This document shows positions 13,001-23,866 of a stretch of 64,000 bases of DNA, one piece after another. A program made the position numbers and the translations under genes. The stretch is from Phoronis australis (taxonomy: Eukaryota > Animalia > Phoronida): positions 177,653-241,652 of the forward strand of contig NMRA01000460.1 in the NCBI GenBank assembly GCA_002633005.1, in the 5' to 3' direction. Numbering within the stretch: position 1 is the stretch's first letter; each line of letters starts with the position of its first letter. Under the pieces are notes generated by a model that saw only the letters and a list, made by a program, of their open reading frames with translations, made no database searches and was not told the DNA's origin.

Positions 13001-15142
13001 CTTACCTTTGTATCTTTAAAAGTCCTGAACAGATTTTTATGAAATTTGGTATGTAGGCACCTATTAGTGAGATGACGCTATCCTCCCGTTTTCAGATGGA
13101 TTCAACGTAGTTTTTTGCCACCTAGTGGCCATTTTTACTGTTTTCGAGTCTGTTTTTTGTGTCCACCCCTCAATCAACCAAACTGCTCAATGGATGATTG
13201 TGAAAATTAGCATGTATGTGCTTACTATGAAGAGGATGGTTGACGATGATTTTCCGACGATTTCGACAACTGTGGCGCCTCCTAGTGGCAGTTTTGTTTT
13301 TGTTGCGCCTATGGCTGTATCTCCTAAACCGTTCGCAGGATCTTTACTTAATTTGGCAAGTGTATTTATGTGAGGTTGGCTATGGATGACTACGACTTTC
13401 AGACAGATCTGACTACTGCCTTGCACCCTAGTGTTAATTTTAGTTTTTTACGTTTAACTCAGTATCTTCAAAGGTCCTCAACAGATTTTTATAAAATTTT
13501 AAATATAGGCATCTATTGGTGTGATGATGTTATGTGCCTGTTTTTGGATGGAATCGAGGTATTTTGCACCACCTAGTGGCCACTTTTGCTGTTTTCAAAT
13601 CTTGTTTTTGGGTGTCCATCCCTGTATCAACCAAATCATTTGAAAATTGACATGTATGTTCTCAGTGTGAAGACGACCTTTGATGATGGTGACTGATTAC
13701 TGTGGAGCTTCCTAGTGGTAGTTTTGTGTTGCGCCCATAGTTGTATCTCTTAAACCCACTGCACTGAGGATCTTTTCTAAATTTAGTAGGTATATTTATA
13801 TGAAGATAACAACAGACGACCACGACTTTCAGGCGGATCCAACCGACACTGTGCCCACTAGTGTCAATTTCATTTTATTCTGTTTTCCTTTGTTTGTCTG
13901 AAGTTCCTTGACAGATTTTTATGAAATATGGCATGTTCCTGTTTTTGGATGGATTGTATGTTTTTGCGCCATCTAGAGGCCATTTTTAGAATACAAATAA
14001 ATAACCCTAAAAGCACACCATTTTCAATGCATTCGTGAGCGCATTTCAACGCTCCGCGTTGCTCTTGTTAGGCTGGGTGCGTGCATGTCAAACCGGTTTA
14101 AATCCATTGTTTTTATTAATTTATAATTCAGTTATTATGTAGGCAAGTTATCTGTGATGCTAAAGGATGTTTACGAGCTGATAAACGCCCCAAAATGCTT
14201 TTGAAAAATGCCAGCGCCGAAGAGAATCCCACGAATTTTTGTTTGGTTTTACTCTGCGCCCACATATTTAATGTGGGTGCATATTGTTGTCATCTCTGTC
14301 TGGGCGTCCGTCGTCCAGTGCTGTATCTGAAATTTTGACAGATGTGCTCTGACGACAAATGACCCCCCAGTGGCAGTTTTAGTGCTTACGTTTGCCTCTG
14401 TATCTTTTGAGTTCGTTGATGAATTTTCATGAAATTCGGCAAATAGGTTTTTAGTAAGGGGGACGACGATGCTAGTTCATTTTCGGACGGATATCTACTC
14501 AGAGGATCATTATGTAATTTGATGTTTGTGTTCCTGATGCGAAGACCGCGGTTGACATTGATTTTCGAATGGTTTCATTTACTGTAGTGCCTCCCTAGGG
14601 GACATTTTGCTTTTTTGTAGCTGCGACTGCATCTCCTTAACCCTTTGAAGGATTTTTGGGAAATTGGCGAATGTGCTCTTATAGAGATGGTGACGAGTTT
14701 CAGACCAATCGGGCTATATCTGCGCCCCCCAGTGTCAATTGCTTTCGTACGTTTGCCTCTATATCTTTAGTCTGTTTCCACGAAATTTCGCAAATAGCGT
14801 TGCATTTATAAGACGATGCCACCTTCTCAATTCGGACAGATTTGACTCATTCTGCGCCATCTAATGGCCATTTTTGACACTAAAACACCATTTGCGTACG
14901 TGCTGTCGTGGCCGCATTGCAATGCTTCGCGTTGCTCTTGTATAATAAAAGTTTGAATTCGTATGTTTGGATTGTTTTTCAGGCTCTGTCCTTACTTCAA
15001 TGGGAACCACCACTTGGAAGAAATAATGTTCTATGAGAACATCCGCCGGTCCCAACTAATGACATTACTGGACAAATTTCGACAGGTGCTGATTACCTGC
15101 ACACATCCAGATGCAAATATTACGTACTTTGTAAAGATTTGA
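915..15142 (+). CDS. NPRL3: NPRL3 (GATOR1 complex subunit), last 10 coding exons; 5' part lies upstream of the window
   Basis: GT-AG exons 915-1068, 1677-1752, 2789-2903, 3251-3285, 6177-6333, 6820-6926, 8198-8327, 9240-9423, 10432-10651, 14983-15142 join in phase. Peptides [84 protein letters not shown] and [22 protein letters not shown] match my recollection of metazoan NPRL3. Stop TGA at 15140-15142. Confidence 0.96.
1099..1560 (-). mobile_element. Tc1/pogo-like TIR element fragment carrying a decayed HIRAN-like ORF
   Basis: Terminus ta|ctgtatttgccctaataagcgcc. Minus strand reads [46 protein letters not shown] with a frameshift. Reverse-complement homologue at ~36370-36810. Confidence 0.65.
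1677..1752 (+). CDS. NPRL3: NPRL3 exon ([24 protein letters not shown])
   Basis: tag|ac ... tc|gtaag, 76 nt, phase 1 to 2. Confidence 0.88.
2789..2903 (+). CDS. NPRL3: NPRL3 exon ([23 protein letters not shown]...)
   Basis: tag|a ... gag|gtaag, 115 nt. Confidence 0.93.
3251..3285 (+). CDS. NPRL3: NPRL3 short exon ([12 protein letters not shown])
   Basis: tag|cca ... ag|gtaaa, 35 nt; required for phase; resembles human PEAIERSLKAIR. Confidence 0.88.
3400..6085 (+). mobile_element. Cluster of HINE/Helentron-like tandem-repeat elements, including a near-complete copy at ~4170-5357
   Basis: 5' ttttaatgctcccacatatttatgtgggtgcg and 3' gggcgtatttcaatgctcagtgttgctcttgtt ends as in 12753-14069; internal ~140-bp monomers. 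Confidence 0.75.
6177..6333 (+). CDS. NPRL3: NPRL3 exon ([24 protein letters not shown]...)
   Basis: tag|a ... cag|gtgtg, 157 nt. Confidence 0.93.
6820..6926 (+). CDS. NPRL3: NPRL3 exon ([30 protein letters not shown])
   Basis: cag|gta ... gt|gtaag, 107 nt. Confidence 0.95.
7020..7270 (+). mobile_element. tRNA-derived SINE (degenerate)
   Basis: A-box-like tggccacgcagtaa, B-box-like ggattcaattcc, followed by core-like aacctggaatggactgatgtcctgtccag. Confidence 0.6.
8198..8327 (+). CDS. NPRL3: NPRL3 exon ([27 protein letters not shown]...)
   Basis: cag|g ... cag|gtgag, 130 nt. Confidence 0.93.
8955..9120 (-). mobile_element. tRNA-derived SINE fragment
   Basis: Reverse B-box ggattcgaat and tRNA-like head ending at ~9120. 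Confidence 0.45.
9240..9423 (+). CDS. NPRL3: NPRL3 exon ([25 protein letters not shown]...)
   Basis: cag|gcc ... g|gtaag, 184 nt. Confidence 0.93.
10160..10335 (-). mobile_element. tRNA-derived SINE fragment
   Basis: gggattgaaccc (reverse B-box), ttgctcaatggcacaac and gctggtactcatt core motifs typical of invertebrate SINEs. Confidence 0.55.
10432..10651 (+). CDS. NPRL3: NPRL3 exon (SSDDGYS...[16 protein letters not shown])
   Basis: tag|tg ... ag|gtact, 220 nt. Confidence 0.92.
12540..14087 (+). mobile_element. GC-rich MITE (family of 30898 and 38594) split by a HINE insertion
   Basis: Left part ends ttcgagccccctat at 12753; right end aggctgggtgcgtgcatg resumes at 14070, matching the intact junction at ~31122-31158. 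Confidence 0.75.
12753..14069 (+). mobile_element. Complete non-autonomous HINE/Helentron-like element with internal tandem array
   Basis: T-run start, subterminal inverted repeat atgcgcac / gtgagcgcat, (ccgt)n microsatellite, about 8 monomers of ~145 bp, 3' hairpin caacgc-tcc-gcgttg then ctcttgtt; no TSD. Confidence 0.8.
14247..14941 (+). mobile_element. Second, shorter HINE/Helentron-like copy
   Basis: Same 5' (gcgcccacatatttaatgtgggtgc) and 3' (caatgcttcgcgttgctcttgt) ends. Confidence 0.75.
14983..15142 (+). CDS. NPRL3: NPRL3 terminal coding exon ([25 protein letters not shown]...VKI*)
   Basis: cag|g acceptor; stop TGA at 15140-15142. Confidence 0.94.
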
Positions 15143-18100
15143 AGGCTACTGGTGTGTACAAGCAATTTATTGATATGCCTTTATGACCTATAGGCACAGG
15201 CATCAAATTTTGTGAAAATGTGAAAACTTATGCATAAATTAAAATGTTTTGGTTAATAACTTCTTTGCTCCCAGATGCAAGCATTTTGTGAAGGTGCTAA
15301 ACTTAGTGCTCAGATGTTGCCGTGAACCACTTGTGTGGGTCCAGATGCAAGTGTCATTTTTAACTTTCCTGAAAGAGGCTTAGATATCTTTGTGTTGAAT
15401 ATACTAAAATGCAAGTATGGCATGTTTTGTGAAATTGTGAAACCTGGGTCATGGATGTCGTTGTGAATCTTCCAGATGCAGTTATCAAATAGTTTGTGAA
15501 AATGTGGAACCTGAGACCCGGTATTATGTGAAAACTGGTACATAATTATGTCTGTGAATCTCGTGTATCAGTAGCGGATCAACGTGTTCAGTAAGGGGGT
15601 TCAGGGTTCGCGCGTTTTTCGCGACTCCGAGGCGCGTAGCCTCGAGGGGGGGGGGGTCGGAATGGGAGAAATTTTGTTTTTTGTTGCTAAATAGTGCAAT
15701 TTCCATGCATCCTGGTGAGTTTGTGGCAGTTAACGTGTCTCCGGAGTTTGTCTTAAGACGATTTAAAACCTTTCTCGATTTCGTCTCATGAACTCTGCTT
15801 ATAGGCTCCGTACTAATATTTGTGCATTTCTGGGCATGAGTCACGCCACGAGCACAATTTTAGTTGGAATTTCTGTCTACACACACCGAATCTTAGCATA
15901 AGAAAAGTTGTATACGAAAAAGTGTAGTCTGTATACAGGGGTTCAGACAATTATCAAATGTTCAAGTCAGAGCACAAGGAGCACCGACGGCCACGTAAAA
16001 ACCAATACTCGAATATCAGATGATCGCGTGACAGCAGCCTACAGTTGTTTAAGAACGAAGTCCGGCACTGCACGGCCCGGAAATAAACAAATGTTTGTTT
16101 CGTTACGGGGGAAAAATGGCGAACGACGGTGATCTCAGCGCATAGTAGATTATTAAAAGCGACAATAAGCACCTAAATATCTCTTTATTAAGCTGAATCA
16201 CGTTAGCTGTTGGGCTACCGTTTGTCGCAACCAAAATGTATCCGGAAACAAATCGCCTGCAAACATTTTCACGGAACCAAAACCTACTGTACTGTGTGGT
16301 GAAAAGCCTTTTATACAAGACCAGTTCCGGGAGGGACCAGATGTACACTGAGAGTCAATATCTACTCAAATAAGCTGCCCTGGTTCGTCGCGAGACAAAA
16401 AGTACACTATGGTAAATGTCTTCACAAAGGTAGTCGATCTGTCGCGGGACCAGAAATACTGAATGAGGTAAATAATTTTACAAAGCAAACTGTGGTAAAC
16501 AGATCTATATGTATTTTTTATAGTACCCCGGTATGTTATATAGTTCGGCAAAATAAAAAAATCTTTCGCCGGCCAAAATGTGAATATAGACCGGGAGAAC
16601 TCTTCAACAAGTACAGCACCCGTCCGCACGACTCCAGTGACCACGCCAAACAATACCTAATTATGGTAATGAGCTGTTCCTATAAACACTACAATGGGAG
16701 ACGAAATCAAGTGCATGACCTCTAAATAGAAAGCTGCTCTCTTGACACTTTTTGATCCGAAGTGGTTGCTTATACATGTGTTTTATGCATCTTGCCGTTA
16801 CCTATTGACAAAACTTGGTGCGCATACAGGGTACCGAGGATTTCCGCAGATAAGCTCATGGGCGTGTATTGTTATATTTTCAAGCGTTTCATTAATCCAA
16901 ATAAACGCCAAGTTCGCTAAAACTGTATTCTTTTGTTAACATTATGATATATGCTCCACAAAACTGAATTTGGGAGTACAAGTTGACACTGAATGAAGTT
17001 TTAAGATGAAATTTTCCGAATGGACGTCCCAATGTTTAAACACAGCCCCGCAAAAGGAGTCCTGGTTCCTACCGCAGCACTGACCGTCTTCCTGTCTACA
17101 ATAAGCATCACTGCCGGGAATTCCCCCAGAAAGTCCCAACCAATGAAACGCCTATGCCCATTAGTGTTTGCATTATTAACCTATTGGTGAACTCGTGGAC
17201 AAAAGCATCCACTGTGCTCATTGGCGGACATTCGGGTCACTAAGGGTAGAAAATGGTAGATGATTTGATTCGTTGTCAGAAAAAGGTAAAAAAAGGCGAA
17301 ATATAATCGGTAGCACCGTTTGTGGTTTTCTAAGCGTGTCCTCAAAATTTGTCTTGGATAGTAATAACACAATGTACAAGAATTTTTCTCCCATTCTTTT
17401 GGTTTGTATCCATTTAACCAAGTGGTGAAAAGCCCTCCATGGCCCTTCAGCTCTGTTTAAGAGCCGAGAATTGGCTAATGTAAAAAGTCATCTTGATGCC
17501 AACACCTCATACTTAGTTTAAATGTGACTCTGAAGAGTAGTTGCAATGCAGGAATGGTAGTTCCCTATTTTCTGGAAAAAGTGTTTCAATAAATCAACCT
17601 CTGCAATCCTTTGCCAGTTTTATATTTATTTTGAAAATGCGAATGCTGGAGTAGTGCTCGTCTTTGCGGTCCATACGGCATGAAAACAGCTTAATCATGA
17701 TTTTGTTTGTAAGCATCATGTGGTTTGTAAAATTGTAAAAGCACAGGCCTTTTCACAATACATATACGCCATGCACCCAGCAGAACCCAAACTGGGGTGG
17801 ATGTGATGAGACCGACAAAGTTATTCAAGGTTTGTAACCTAATGGTGGACGTATTTTGTTTACCCATAAAGGGTAACTGATTTCACGCTTAAGCTTAGAA
17901 ACTGGTGAAGCTAAAAAGGCACAGTAGTTGCTTCTTATTTTCTTACCAACTTACGGGGCCACGGCCCCGAATATCCATATGGGGGGATCCAATCACTTAT
18001 AATACACTTTGAGATTGTGACTGACTTGTAGTTACATTGAATAAAACGTTTCTATTTTATATTTCATCTTTTTACACTGTCTAGCACTAGGGTCAATGCA

Positions 18101-18769
18101 ATTGAGTAGAGAGGGGTATCTAATAAAACTCGCACCGGGCATCACCAAAACCTCTGCACGCTAGAGTATGTATCCTATCGACAACGTTCATGACAATAAT
18201 CGTGGTGGTGAAAAAGTGATGATAATAATGGTAATCAGCTGTCGTCAGTCATACTCCTAGTGTCTCGAGGTAGTAATCCAAGCTCGTGATTAAAAGAATC
18301 CTCCGGTAACCGATTTAGCTCCACTGAAGAGGCTATTTTCCTGCTCGATTGGGCACATACCCTAAAGAACCCAAATCAAGGATCTGGAAGACTTGTCTGT
18401 TTTTTTGAAAAAACGTACTTGCCAGCAACACATCTTGAGTGGTTGTTAAGTCCCTGGCAGATATTTCTAGTCTCCTTGATAGCAAGGGCTCCTTCGCCGC
18501 TCTAGGTGAGGAGACGAGGGTAGAGTTTCGTAGACATAACTCGACAAAGGAAGCTAATCAATATGATCACATGCTTCATCTGTAATGCATGGCGATATCT
18601 CTGGAAGTCTTACTTATTCTTGCCTTTTCTCGCGATTCTGGTCTCTACAGAACGCACACCTAAACTAGATTTCAGCTGCAGGTTTTAAACTACAGAGCAA
18701 ATGGTTTTAACTGAGAATTCTTGTAAAGCGGTTAAAATAAACGCCACGAAAACATGGAAATGACGTACT

Positions 18770-19315
18770 ATTTTTGTTACTTGGCTAAATAGAATTTCGC
18801 CAAGTATGTTGCTCTGACACTAAGTTTTTGTTTGTTTGTTTGTTTGCACTCTACAGGTCGCAATTTTTGTCCTACTCGCACGAAATTTGCACACAACCTG
18901 TATCTTTAGAAGAGCTGTAAGGCTATTGTTTTTTGGTCATGATCGGATTCGAGATGACGGACGTGGCGGCCATTTTGTTTTCGAATTCAGATTCAAATGC
19001 TCAGAGGGCCCCCAATTTTTGACGTACACGACTGAAAATCAATGCCATTATTGTACCTGAAGTGTTCTACAGACTGACCGGAAACCATGTACTTCCGGTC
19101 TAAGATAGCGGATTTATCGGCCATTGCGCATGCGCACCTCGATTTCGGGACGAAATCGTTTTGTCCTGCAGAGGGCACATGGTCGGACCAACTGCTTCGA
19201 AATTTTTATGTGTTAGTTTCCTTTAGCTAGATATTATCGAGTTCTCCTAAACGGGAAGAGGAAATGACGTGAATTTTCACATGTGGATTCTCTGAGGTAT
19301 ATTCTTTCCAGTGAC
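18770..19315 (+). mobile_element. Non-autonomous element, second HINE-like family, 3'-truncated
   Basis: (gttt)n then cactctacaggtcgcaatttt; collinear with 23867-24410. Confidence 0.65.
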
Positions 19316-19319
19316 AGTT

Positions 19320-22300
19320 TTTTTCTCACCGGATGCCAAAGCTGCCTGGCAGGCCCGTTCCTACTCACTCAACTGGGCATGTCGCTCACAGACCTGCTTG
19401 CCGTCACCCTGACCATGAGAACGGCGAACAACGGCGACATTACCATCATAGGGGCGGTTATCGTCCGTCTATCGAGCCTTCAGCTCCCCAAACGGAGCAC
19501 TAAACCGATCGTCTACATTTCGGACTCTACTGATAAATTCTTCCTGAGTGGACAGGCCTGTCTAGGGTTAGGTATAATTAGCGCTGAATTCCTAACCATC
19601 GGCGAGTGCCTCTCGACCAAACATAACGGCGACGACAACCCTTGCAGGTGACCACCTCGGGTTAAACCCCCTCCCCGTCCTACGAAACTTCCGTTTCCCG
19701 CTACCGTCGACAACCGGGAACGCCAGCAACAGTGTCTTTTGGACTGCAACGCGTCCTCCACATTCAACACGTGCGAACATACCGCACTCCCGATGATGGA
19801 CGCCCCCCCCCCGCTCCGCCTCATGATCAATCTGGACAACAATCCGACACTCCACCACACACCCATCCCCGTTCCCATCCATTGGCAGGACGAAGTCAAG
19901 GCCGGCTTGATTCGGGATGTCTGACTGGGCGTCATCGAACCTATACCCGGAACTCCAGTGACCTACTGTCACCGTATGGTCATATGAAGTCTGGGAAACC
20001 CCGTCGCACGGTCGACATGCAAAGCCTAAACGCTCACACGGCGAGGGAGACCCACCACGCGCCATCGCCCTTCCACCTGGCGAGATCCGTTCCCTATAAC
20101 ACAAAGAAATCGGTGTGTGACGCGTGGAACGGGTATCACAGCATTCCGCTGCACGAGGACGACCGACACGTTCATCACACCATGGGGACGTTACCGATAT
20201 CGCGTCTGCCCCCAGACATGACTGCTTTCTGTCGTTCAGCAACTTTTCCAGAGGTGAAGGGTTCTGAATGTGCGATAACATCTGGCTCCTTTGTTAACTG
20301 CCCAGGACAGTCCATTGTCCCGTATGACAATAAACAGGCCAATTATCTACCCGGCTTCACTGGGGTTACTGAAACCTGGCAGAATAGATTGTCTTAACTT
20401 CTGTTGTAGTAGAGCGATTTTGGTGATTCAAAATCTAAACATGATCAGCATTTGACAAGGAATTCAGAAATGCTATGGGTTTATGTTCAAATATACTATA
20501 ACTTAAACTTCATTTTTAGCAGCACAGCCCAGTCAGGCTGATACGATCTGATAGGAGATTAGAGCAATTATCGAACAAAAGAGAGCGGGCACTCCAAGAT
20601 GTTAGCTACAGGGGTAAACTTCCCAACTTGTTGTTGGGCTATAGAATCGAACACGTTGGGAGCAACAGGAAATCACCGTAATGGTTATGTCGCCTCCGCC
20701 GCTTCGACGATTTTATAGTCAACGTCCCTAACAAAGTGAGATGCGTCGATGACACGCTTTTATGGTCATACGCCATCGAAAACTGCTTCCACCAGATGAA
20801 ACTGTTTCTGGACACTTGTGGCAACAACGGAATCCCCCTGAATCAAGACAAGTTCGTTTTCGCCAGAGACTGCGTGGAATTTGCGGGGTTCGACATCACT
20901 GCCACCACAGTCCAACCGATTCAGAAATACCTGCGAGTAATCCACGAGTTCCCCACCCCTCAGTCGACCACTGATGTCCGCTCATGGTTCGGCTTAGTGA
21001 ACCAGGTTTTCTACGTATTTTCCATGGCGACCGCCATGGCACCGTTCCGGGAACTCCTGAAACCGCTACAAGGCTTCTACTGGGACGACACCCTGGATGC
21101 ATTTTTCCAGGCGCCCCAAGTCCAAAATTATCGACGAGATTTGCCATGGCGTTCAAATATTCGATAAGACAAAGCCAACATGCATCGTCACTGACTGGTC
21201 GAAAGAGGGCCTCGCGTTTTGGCTTCTGCAAAAGCACTGCGGCTGTGCAGCAACACCCCAAAAAATATTCTGCTGCCCTGACGGATGGAAGGTGGCTCTT
21301 GTAGGAAGCTGAATTGCGTTACGCCCCGGTTGAAGGTGAGGCCCTCGCTATTGCGGATGCCCTCGATCGAGCACGGTATTTCGCACTTGGGTGCGCGAAC
21401 CTAATTGTCGCTGTCGACCACAAACCACTCCTAGGCATATTTTGCCCGACACCCCTAGACGAGATCAGCAACCCCCGCCTCCGCAACCTCAAGGAAAAGA
21501 CGCTGCGTTACAAATTCCAACTTGTCCACATACTTGGAGCTAAGAACAAGGCCTCTGACTGCATGTCGTGCTCCCCGTCCGGACTCCGTTCCCCGGACAA
21601 ATATCCTCTCGAGGACGATATTAGTGCCGTTCTTCCCGGGTCCAGTGCCGTCTGCGCACCCCTACAGATTCTACGGCAACGCTCCCCACCCCCATCTCAA
21701 GCCTCGACGACCACTTGGAGCGAGCCGCCACCGCCTCTCTGGAAGACTTACCTTCTGTCACCTGGGACAGAGTCCGCATTACCACAACCAGCGACCCGGA
21801 CTTGTCACGTCTAGTAGGCATGCTCGAGAATGGCGCCTTGCCAGAGTTAAACCCCGACTGGCCTGAGGAGTTGCGCGAGTACCACCCATTCCGGCACCAT
21901 CTCTACTCCATCAATGGCGTCCTCATGTACAAGGACAGAGTGGTAATCCCACGGCCACTACGGGAAAACTGTCTACAAGCCCTCCACTCCGCCCACCAGG
22001 GAGTCTCGAAGATGACGGCCCGTGCCGAGACGTCAATAACTTGGTCTGTTATCACGAGCACCATCACCCACACACGGGCTCGCTGTGAACACTGCAACCG
22101 CATCTCCCTGTCCCAACTTAGCACACCACCCGCTCCACGATTCGACTCGACCTACCCGTTTCAACGCATCTGTGCGGACTATTTCCATCACAAAGGAATA
22201 AACTACCTGGTCATCGTGGACCGATACTCCAGTTGACCCGGAATTTAGTGCCTTCGCGACCCGTCAGTTCCTTCAACAGTGGGGCGTACATCTTCGTCTC

Positions 22301-23415
22301 TCCTCCGTGGCGAATCCACACAGCAACTGCCGAGTTGAGATAGGGGTCAAAACTGTGCGACGCCTCATCTCGGACAGCACGGGCCCTAATGGCACCCTGG
22401 ACACCAATGTCTTCCAACGCTTGATCCTCTAATATGGCAACGCACCGGACCCAACGACCAAGCTCTCGCCAGCTCAGTGTGTGTTTGGCCGCCCAACCAG
22501 ATACTTCATACCTGTACGACCTGGCCTGTACCTTCCCCAAACTACTTGGCGCTCTACCCTGGCGACTAGAGAGGACGCCCTTCACAACCGCCATATGCTC
22601 GACGCGGAACGCTGGTCGGAACACACCCGACGTCTTCCTCCACTCAGAGTGGGTGACACCGTAGGCCTCCAGAACCAGGTTGGCAACCGGTCCGACCAAC
22701 TGGGACACGACCGGTACCGTCATTGAAGTCCGTCAGTTCGACCAATACCTAGTCCGCGTTGATGACTCTGGTCGTGTCACCCTACGGAAAAGGAAATTTC
22801 TGCGACAATTCGTCCCGGTTCACCCCCTACTACGCCGTCGCACCTTGCTCGAGGACTTGGCTTGCGCCCCATCGCCGCCGGCCGTCCAGCGCCAACCTGT
22901 TCCAGGACCGACGCCTTCGTCATCCCCTCTCGTTGCCAACAGGGCACGGCGTTTGGATACCCCTGCGACGTCATCACCGCCGACGCCGTATCCTCCAACC
23001 CAACTTTCTCCGCCGGCAGCTGTCCCGCAGTCGCCGGCACCATCAACTCCGCCGGCTCCAACGGACTCCACTCCGCAGCCACGACGTTCCCTACGCGAGA
23101 AGAAGCGACCTGCGTGGCTTGGAGATTTCTTGCCATAGCCTCCTGCCCGTCGTTTCATTATATCAGCCCAACCGTAGGTCTCTGTTGTTTCCGAGTCCGG
23201 TTAGGACTTGGGGGGAGACTAGAGAATTATGACATCATGGCGCTTGCTGTTCGCCCTAGCCGCCATGTTCCTTTTGTCTCTAAGTCCATTGTTTAATTAG
23301 CGGTAAGATTCCCTCATATATTGTAGCCTTGGCACATCTGTAGCATTGTTAACCTATTATAATCAAACGTCACTTATCAGCGACCTACTATTTACCCCCT
23401 GTCTCTATTCTTCCA
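19320..23415 (+). mobile_element. Decayed Gypsy (Mag-like) LTR retrotransposon: PR-RT-RH-INT plus 3' LTR; 5' LTR and gag missing
   Basis: TGCQSCLAG protease remnant; RT DAWNGYHS, TPWGRYRY, CVDD; RH TDWS, YAPVEGEALA, VDHKPL; INT HSAHQG..CEHC, ADYF, VDRYS; stops and frameshifts; PPT gacttgggggaga at ~23206; LTR ~23220-23415 ending ttcca. Confidence 0.92.
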
Positions 23416-23482
23416 GGTTACGATCATTCGTAGTTTGCTGTCATCAATAAACAGCAAAGGAATACTTGCGAGTTATTTTCTA

Positions 23483-23859
23483 CGAACAGACCCCAAACTC
23501 CTCCGTGCTATGGACCTTGGTAAATTGGCCTGCCGAACTTTGTATCCTACGGTGTGTCCAAATACCAGTAAATCCTTAACAGCGAAATAAATCAACACAT
23601 TTTTATTTTCAAGGGTTGAACATCGAAGTTTGATGATTTATTGGTGTTAAACGATGAATTCAAGCGATAAGTTGACACCAGTAACCCGTGTTGTGAACTG
23701 CTAAACAGACTGCGTGTGAAACCAATTACGTCGTTGGATAATTTCAATACCTCCGTCTTCCGTCAGGTGTTAGGTAACGCAACCAAACGTGCCGTTGTCG
23801 AGTAGAACCACTCGATCTAAATTGATACAAAATAGGTTGTTTTTGGGTGGCATTCTCCT
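23483..23859 (+). mobile_element. Kolobok-like element, right-end fragment
   Basis: Homologous to 50211-50583; ends gggtggcattctcct|ttaa. Confidence 0.7.
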
Positions 23860-23866
23860 TTAATAA

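Noticed and set aside
12890-13985. CRISPR-like repeat/spacer array
   Set aside because: Whole monomers are homologous rather than unique spacers, there are no cas genes, and the context is a eukaryotic intron.
22680-23296. Multiple overlapping ORFs on both strands
   Set aside because: By-products of the GC-rich, Pro-rich integrase tail of the Gypsy element.
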